A DNA stretch of 64,000 nucleotides from Alloascoidea hylecoeti. Its lineage: Eukaryota. The stretch is from NCBI GenBank assembly GCA_001600815.1, contig BCKZ01000008.1, positions 1 to 64,000 on the forward strand, written 5' to 3'. The notes below the pieces were generated by a model. That model ran no database searches. It saw only the letters and a program-made list of their open reading frames with translations, and was not told the DNA's origin. Made by a program: the position numbers and the translations under genes. How positions within the stretch are numbered: position 1 is the first letter of the stretch; each line of letters opens with the position of its first letter. Positions 56,963 through 64,000 of the stretch are shown in pieces.

Positions 56963-58342
56963 ATGATGCTTATTAGATTGTCCCTCAAGCCTTTCGGATC
57001 TGTGAAATATCAAATTCGCAGATTGGCAACTCAGGCCAATTCATCATTGTCACCACATAATTTTTCTGATGTAGTAATTATTGGAGGTGGACCAGCAGGC
57101 TTATCATTAGGTGCTGCATTGACTAAAACGACATCTCTAAAAGTTACATTGTTAGAAGGTGGATCATTATCGAAGGTAAAACAACTGCCAGTAAATGCTC
57201 CAAATAATCGGGTTATATCCTTAACACCACAATCTATACAATTTCTAACTAATATTGGAGCTTGGGACTACATTGCGCAGGAAAGAATCAAGAATTACAA
57301 TCACATAACAGCATACGACGGGGTTAGTGGTAGCAAAGTTCAATTTGATAGACCCGAAATAGCAACGATGATTGAAATTCAAAATATTCAGGCCGCTTTA
57401 TTAAATTTCATAGAATCAAACAATTCGGGTCGTTTCGATGTGAGGGATGAAAGCAAGGTGAACAAAATATCTCTTGCTGAAAATGGGTGGCCGGTGGTAG
57501 AGCTAGAAAATGGTGACCATGTGACATCGAGGGTGCTTATTGGGGCCGATGGTGCAAATTCGCCGGTGAGAAAGTTTGCTGGGATAGAGTCCCGTGGTTG
57601 GGAGTATAATAAATGGGGTGTGGTTGCTACTTTTGAGTTAGAATATGAAGATTTTAAATCCCATGCTTTTCAAAGATTCTTACCAACTGGACCAATTGCT
57701 TTATTACCTCTATATGATAAATTTGTTTCAATTGTTTGGTCAACTACTCCTGAAATTTCAAAATGGCTAGTATCTTTAGATTCAAAGGATTTTGTATCGA
57801 TGGTAAATGCTGCCTTTACTTTAGATACTTCTGATCTTAATTATTTATATCAAAATGATAATGCAAACATTCAAGAAGAAGTTAATTGGAGAAGATCAGT
57901 AATGAAGGATTTAGATAATTATCCACCTGAAGTTTTATCGTTAATTGATAAGTCTCGTGCTCGTTTCCCAATGAAAATGAAACATGCTGATACATACGTT
58001 GGTGATAGAATAGCTCTTGTTGGTGATGCAGCCCATTCAACTCACCCGCTGGCAGGTCAGGGTTTAAATATGGGTATTGGTGATGCAGAATCATTAGCTA
58101 AATCATTGTCTATTGCATCCAAAAGGGGTCTTGATATAGGTTCGGAATTAGCTTTACAACCTTACTGGTCTGAAAGATATCCTCAGAATCATGTATTACT
58201 AGGTGTTGTTGACAAATTGCATAAATTATATACTACTGATTTCCCACCTGTTGTTGCATTGCGATCTATAGGACTAGATGCTGTTAATAATTTGCCTTGG
58301 ATAAAACAATTCTTCATAAATAATGTCTCGGGAAAAAATTAG
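56963..58342 (+). CDS. COQ6: Ubiquinone biosynthesis FAD monooxygenase Coq6
   Basis: Mitochondrial presequence-like N-terminus, DVVIIGGGPAGL, NRVISLTP, LIGADGANSPVR, AFQRFLPTGPIALLP, RIALVGDAAHSTHPLAGQGLNMG and VVDKLHKLY. Confidence 0.96.
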   Translation: MMLIRLSLKPFGSVKYQIRRLATQANSSLSPHNFSDVVIIGGGPAGLSLGAALTKTTSLKVTLLEGGSLSKVKQLPVNAPNNRVISLTPQSIQFLTNIGAWDYIAQERIKNYNHITAYDGVSGSKVQFDRPEIATMIEIQNIQAALLNFIESNNSGRFDVRDESKVNKISLAENGWPVVELENGDHVTSRVLIGADGANSPVRKFAGIESRGWEYNKWGVVATFELEYEDFKSHAFQRFLPTGPIALLPLYDKFVSIVWSTTPEISKWLVSLDSKDFVSMVNAAFTLDTSDLNYLYQNDNANIQEEVNWRRSVMKDLDNYPPEVLSLIDKSRARFPMKMKHADTYVGDRIALVGDAAHSTHPLAGQGLNMGIGDAESLAKSLSIASKRGLDIGSELALQPYWSERYPQNHVLLGVVDKLHKLYTTDFPPVVALRSIGLDAVNNLPWIKQFFINNVSGKN

Positions 58343-59834
58343 TTAATAAAGTATATCGATATTATTTGAAAATGTAAATAGTTGTTTGATTTATATATTA
58401 TTAGCACCAAAAAGAGAAAGTGATATTAATTCTGAGTATATTTAGTATGTTTATTTAAAGAGAGCCCACCTATAACTGAAGTTGTACCTATTTTTATTTA
58501 ACTTGAAATTAAATAATGGGAAACACTATACTCAATATGAGCTGTATGAGCACAAGTCGAATACTATTTCTTTTTCATTTGGCGATTAAACTCTTCTAAA
58601 TATTCAATGGAACACCTCGGTACTCACCAAGAACTAATATTAGTACTAATTATGATTCCTTTTTATTATTCATATCAACAATAATATTTTTAGATCTATG
58701 ATGCGATACATTTACATTTTCCAATAAAATATCCGGACACAATTGGTTTAAAAAGGTGTATGTTTCTAACTTTTTGGGTAGCATATTATTCATGATAATT
58801 TCCAGCACCAGAACTCATGATGTCAACTGCTCAATCCATTCAAAACAGTTAATACAATTTTGATTTCTCAAGGAGATGTAGATGGCCGTACTTTCATACC
58901 TAGTATAATATTAGCTCGTCATTTATGTGTTCATGTTGGAATCTTATTTTGCTGCTTTATAATTGCTTAAAGAGGATAAAAAACGATCAAGCTACCAATT
59001 TAAAAGATTTAACTTATGAGCTCACCTATTATTAAAATTTGATTTTTTGCTCAATCGAAATGATTGTAAGTCACTATCCAACAAATAAGCAAATAAACTG
59101 ATTCATAATCTTACTTTCAAAATGGCATCAAATTCAATTTTATGATAATTTCGATTATGTTATATCTTTGGCTCAAGGACTAGAGTATGATAGTGAATCC
59201 AATCATCGATATTGTGCAATGTTGAGTAATATGTTGCAATACTCTTGGCATTAAACGCAGATAAGTTATTTATTGTACGAAAATGGTCCTGCAGCTGACC
59301 CGTGGAAAAGCATTGAATCTGTTTGGCTCTTAGATGGTGAATTATATATTGCACATAAGTTGAGACGATTGTCATATATATATATTGATAACATATAATA
59401 TATCCCCTAGAAACAAAAATATTCTTGCAGATCTATATATCCAAGGCTTATTTTTATGATTAAACTAATATTTTAGAGTCACAATTATGCATATATTTAT
59501 TATTCTCTTAAATCTCTCTTTTTTACTAATTAAACAGAACATTTATTAACAATCATAAAGCAGATATGTTATTTTACAACACATTTAATTGCATACAGTA
59601 ACAGTTACTATTCTAAGATTAAGCATACTTATAGCCTATAGATATACAATGCTATTGAATCAATAGGAGACAAATAAACATTATAATTATCCAAAAATCT
59701 TTTCTAAAAGACTTCAAGGATTACTATTTAAAAGAAAAAAATCAATATAAAAGATACATATCCTGATCATTTTACTGCTAGGCTTTATTTATTTATTGAA
59801 TTTGCAACTCAAACAACTTTAAATTGTTTTCAAG

Positions 59835-61463
59835 ATGGTTCAACTTCACTTAGGTATTGGACATCATAATGATTCTAAAGATGAATCAAAACTTGAACCC
59901 GATCATGGGGGTGCCTTTGATGAGTCCTACCTTGAGGATTACGATTATGGCAGCGAAGAAAGTTTATCTGAAGCGGAAAAGCTAAGAAGGAGTAAATGGA
60001 GCTATAAAATTAAGAGATTTCTATGGGATTCGGTGGATAAATCACCGGAAGAGCAAAAGTTCTTAGCTAAACTGGATTTCTTTTTATTATCAAGTTCAAT
60101 GTTGGGATATTTTATTAAATATCTGAATCAAGCTAACCTTAATAGTGCCTACATCAATGGTATGAAGGAAGATTTAGAATTAAATGGTCGTCAATTGAAC
60201 TATATGCAAACCTTATGGACTGTTGGTTATATTATTGGTCAAGTTCCTTCAAATCTAATTCTTCATCGTATCTCAGCTCGATTCTATCTTGGTGGACTAG
60301 AATTAATTTGGGCTACTCTAACAATTTGTACGACAGCTGTTACCAAAGCAGAACACTTATATGCGATTAGATTTTTTGTCGGCCTTACAGAGAGTGGATT
60401 CTTTCCTGGTATGGAATATCTTGTTGGGTCATGGTATTCTAAAGAAGAAATTACCAAGCGTTCTGCTTTCTTTGCATGTGCTGGTACTGCTGGACAAATG
60501 GTAACTGGATTTCTAGTTACTGCAATTTTAAATGGGATTGGTAAAACAAATACTAAATTTCCACCTTGGAAATGGTTGTTTGTATTTGACGCTGTGATAT
60601 CTTACCCTGTTGGGATTTATACTATGTGTGTTGATCCAAATACGCCAAGCACATGCACAGCTTGGTATCTTACTCCAAGAGAAAAAGAGATTGCAATTGA
60701 GAGGAGAAAAAGGATTGGAGCACAGCTTAATACACGTCAACCATATACTTGGGCTAAAATTAAATCAATCTTTAATACATGGCATATTTATGTTTTCCCA
60801 GTATTATTTCTTTGTTACAACAATTCTGGTAATGCTCATGGACAACCCACATTTTCTGGTTGGTTGAAGTATACTCTAAAAATGTCCAAAGAACATTATA
60901 ACATGTATCCAACTTCGGCTAGTGCTGCTGCTATTGCTTTTGCTCTTGTTTGTTCTTATTCAGCAGATTACTTCAACGGTCGAACATATCCTTTTATTTA
61001 TCTGTATTTTTTTATAACACTATTTGGTTGTATTTGCTTAGCTATTTGGAACATTCCCACAGGATTACATTGGTTTGCTTATTATGCAATCACAATTCCT
61101 GCTACTATGGGACAACCTATGATTTTTTGTTGGGTTAACAGATTACTTTTTTATGATGATCAAAAGCGAAACTTAACAGTAGCTGCAACCAATGTTTTAG
61201 CGTATGTTACCAATGCTTGGGTTCCTATTTTCACCTGGAATGCAACAGATTTGCCAGAATATCATATTGGGTTTACATTCACCTCATGTTTACTTTCGTT
61301 TGGTATAATTATGACAACTATTGCTGTTGCATTCACTATAAGAGATGAAAGAAGGGAGGAAGCAAGGCGCCAACTTCATAAATCTCAGGATCTAGAGACA
61401 AAAGTAGGCACCAAAATTAGTGCTGTGGAAGTTAGTGATAATGATGACGAAAAATTATGTTAG
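59835..61463 (+). CDS. MFS anion:cation symporter (allantoate permease family), Seo1/Fen2/Liz1-like
   Basis: KLDFFLL..LGYFIKYLNQANLNSAYINGMKEDL, GYIIGQVPSNL, RFFVGLTESGFFPG..Y.VGSWY...E..KR and WKWLFVFDAVIS. The substrate cannot be determined. Confidence 0.9.
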   Translation: MVQLHLGIGHHNDSKDESKLEPDHGGAFDESYLEDYDYGSEESLSEAEKLRRSKWSYKIKRFLWDSVDKSPEEQKFLAKLDFFLLSSSMLGYFIKYLNQANLNSAYINGMKEDLELNGRQLNYMQTLWTVGYIIGQVPSNLILHRISARFYLGGLELIWATLTICTTAVTKAEHLYAIRFFVGLTESGFFPGMEYLVGSWYSKEEITKRSAFFACAGTAGQMVTGFLVTAILNGIGKTNTKFPPWKWLFVFDAVISYPVGIYTMCVDPNTPSTCTAWYLTPREKEIAIERRKRIGAQLNTRQPYTWAKIKSIFNTWHIYVFPVLFLCYNNSGNAHGQPTFSGWLKYTLKMSKEHYNMYPTSASAAAIAFALVCSYSADYFNGRTYPFIYLYFFITLFGCICLAIWNIPTGLHWFAYYAITIPATMGQPMIFCWVNRLLFYDDQKRNLTVAATNVLAYVTNAWVPIFTWNATDLPEYHIGFTFTSCLLSFGIIMTTIAVAFTIRDERREEARRQLHKSQDLETKVGTKISAVEVSDNDDEKLC

Positions 61464-62844
61464 ATAAACAATAACTATAAGCTAGGATATTCTTCAAAAT
61501 ATTAATATTAGGACATTGCGAATCATATTAAATTCCTAAATACGTCACTAAATAACTCTAACAGTTTTGTACCATGGCCATATTGTAGAAAAAAAGAAGA
61601 CTATTTAGGGTATAAGCCTTATAAGACTTGAAGATCTGTTCCTTTTTTTTTTTATGGAGTGAACCATCAACTTAAGCTTAAAAGGGCTGTTCTTAAGGGA
61701 AACCACCCCAAAAGCCTAGGCGAATCAGAAGTCGAGCAGGACCATTTAATTTCCAAAAGCTGTGGTGCCTGAATTAAACCTGTATTGATAAATAGTAGCT
61801 GTTGGAAAGATATTCTCATAATACGCACGAACTATCTCGTGCTGTTGGTAGTTTCGCCTAAATATAGGACATTTATTGATGGGCCTCTAATTTCAAATTC
61901 GTTCTGTTGGGTATTGATCGCATAAAATTTTTATATAAACAGTCACTTACTTATTGTCTTTAAGATAGATATTATATCAGATGAATTATTTTAAAAAATA
62001 CCCAAAAATAATAAACAAAAATTCTTCATAATATAAATCTCTGCTCCTTATGTAAGTTAAGTTTAAAATGCGATTCGCGTATATTGTTACGGTGCTGCAT
62101 CAGATTACGCAGCAGTTCCATTTTTAAGAGAATCCTAATATAAGTAAAAGCCTTATAAGCAATCCACAAACGCAACTATTGAACTAAATATTCGACCATG
62201 AGATGCACCAACTAATTCTTTATACCTACTGCCACAATGATAATTCTACCGTAGACTCGCTCTAGCGATTTAGGAAAACTTAAAGCTTATGAGGGCGGCA
62301 CAGGAGAACCAGAAGTGCGAGATTAAAGGTCTAAAGGCCTAAGTAATCGACATAGTTATATCATATGCTTCGTACGGCTTATAGTATAGGATGTTTAACG
62401 AGGTACCATGCTGAATCCGTGGCTGTGACCTGGTGTACCAAGCACATCTTCAAATTTATGTGATGTCACACACAAATATATATATATATAAAGATCTAGC
62501 TTATAGTTAGAGTAGTCGCAATGAGTGTTAAGAGAACAATCACAAAAGAAATATAATTAATTAATAATTATAATAGTTTTATCACTTACATACAGTGTAT
62601 GTATCCTTTAATTGGATGTTAATGTCCTTAATTGTTGTTGGAAGTATTCACTCTTTAATCAGTCAAGTGATTATTAATCCCATTTTAAAGCGCTCCATGG
62701 ATCTAGACTTATAACATGTAATCATAGATGAGCTATATTTAGCTACAAAGTTAAATTAATATGGATTACCATTCTTAGTTATAAGCTTAAACTTAATGCT
62801 AACTTAGTTGTATAATAACTTATTTTAGTAGTAGTTTAGTAGTT

Positions 62845-63220
62845 TATATTAGATTTTAATTGGCCTGAGTTCAGATTCTCAAGTTTTCAATTGCTTTATC
62901 CACCTTTATAATATATTGATTCTAGTCTTCGACATTCCATTTTATATATTTAGTGTTATCCCATTTAACTCTTGATCTGTGGCTAATGATTCTAATATTA
63001 AGTCATACAACTTTAGATACATGCTATTATGATGTTGCAGATGGAGTTACAATTCCAGTTAATCGCCATGTTCAATCTTAATACAATCAATCATTTGTTA
63101 ATATTGTCATTTCATCCGCTACGTATATTTGTTTTAATTAGCCTAAGCGCCGGTGTTGATGTTTTTTTTCAATTGTTCTATGCTCATTTAATAATATTGA
63201 TTATAATCTTCAACATTCCA
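62845..63220. repeat. Diverged ~95 bp direct repeat pair (62845-62939 and 63124-63220)
   Basis: TTTTAATTGGCCTGAG/TTTTAATTAGCCTAAG, TTTTCAATTG in both, and ATATTGATTCTAGTCTTCGACATTCCA/ATATTGATTATAATCTTCAACATTCCA, in the same order about 280 bp apart. Confidence 0.75.
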
Positions 63221-64000
63221 CCTCAAAGTGCTCTATAGATCTAGTGCTATGTCATGTAACTATAGGTATATGTATGTAGACGAAGTTATAAATTCGGTTC
63301 ATTGCTATTTCTGAATACCTTTAATTATAAGCATAATCATTTGTGTAACCTTAATCATAAATGTAAACATCATCATCGATTCATCATATTCATAAGCATC
63401 ATATATCTTCTACTCAAGAATTAACTATAGAATATATTATACACACACTAGAATTTAAAGAATGTTTTGTCTCTACCTACCGCTATCATATCTGGGAATT
63501 AGTAGTTCATTACATTTCTCCACCATATAATACAAAAACATATACCCATAGCTAAACCTGGAGTTATTAGAAAAGATATTTTTTAATATCAATATTTTAG
63601 TTATGGCTATACAACAAAACTCCTAATTATTGTGGTGGTAATTGGGTGATGATAATGAAGACTATTAGCTCCCCAAAAAATGAAATTCGTGTCATATGAC
63701 CGTATCTGTAATGATTTTAATCTGCATCGAAGTGCACTATCATATGACACGAATTTCATTTTTTGGGGAGCTAATAGTCTTTATTATCACCACTTAATTA
63801 CTACTACAATAATTAGGAGTTTTGTTGTATATTGCTTGCTAATGGCTGTACCTTACATCGTACGTGTACTATAGCTTTTAATATACGTTTACTAATCCTG
63901 CCAGCTGGATGACAAATCTGATGGATTTTCAAAATATATGATCATTTAGAATGAACCAGGGTCTAGAGGAAACAATCTAAAAATAAGGGGTAGTTTTAAT

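Noticed and set aside
59140..59400. Protein-like plus frame with one stop (ISLAQGLEYD...ENGPAADPWKSIESVWLLDGELY)
   Set aside because: No start codon or recognisable motif; cannot be told from chance.

Overview
AT-rich eukaryotic DNA from a budding yeast (Saccharomycotina). It uses the standard genetic code (CTG falls on a conserved Leu in COQ6 and PPM1) and has short 66-69 nt introns. The first ~13.9 kb holds no credible intact gene, only decayed transposon fragments. It is followed by 13 intact genes: a Q/N-rich protein with a conserved fungal domain, a 3-exon Seg1-like eisosome candidate, FMP27/HOB (BLTP2), PPM1, a Mep/Amt ammonium transporter, a carboxypeptidase Y-like peptidase, an amidase, an intron-containing phenolic acid decarboxylase, a DUF202 membrane protein, a GH72 Gas-type glucanosyltransferase, an HGT1-like sugar porter, COQ6 and a Seo1/Fen2-like MFS permease. 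Features the ORF track misses or fragments include a recent internally deleted copy of the carboxypeptidase, a GH28 endopolygalacturonase pseudogene, a Tc1/mariner relic, LINE-type reverse transcriptase relics, a ~490 bp dispersed repeat in two copies and a ~12 bp minisatellite. The best candidate for an undescribed system is the co-oriented block at 31.3-44.9 kb (ammonium transporter, peptidase, amidase, phenolic acid decarboxylase, DUF202, plus a dead pectinase on the opposite strand). It may be a plant-substrate nitrogen-scavenging / phenolamide-degrading locus, but this is inference only. All family assignments are from motif recognition by eye; no searches were run.
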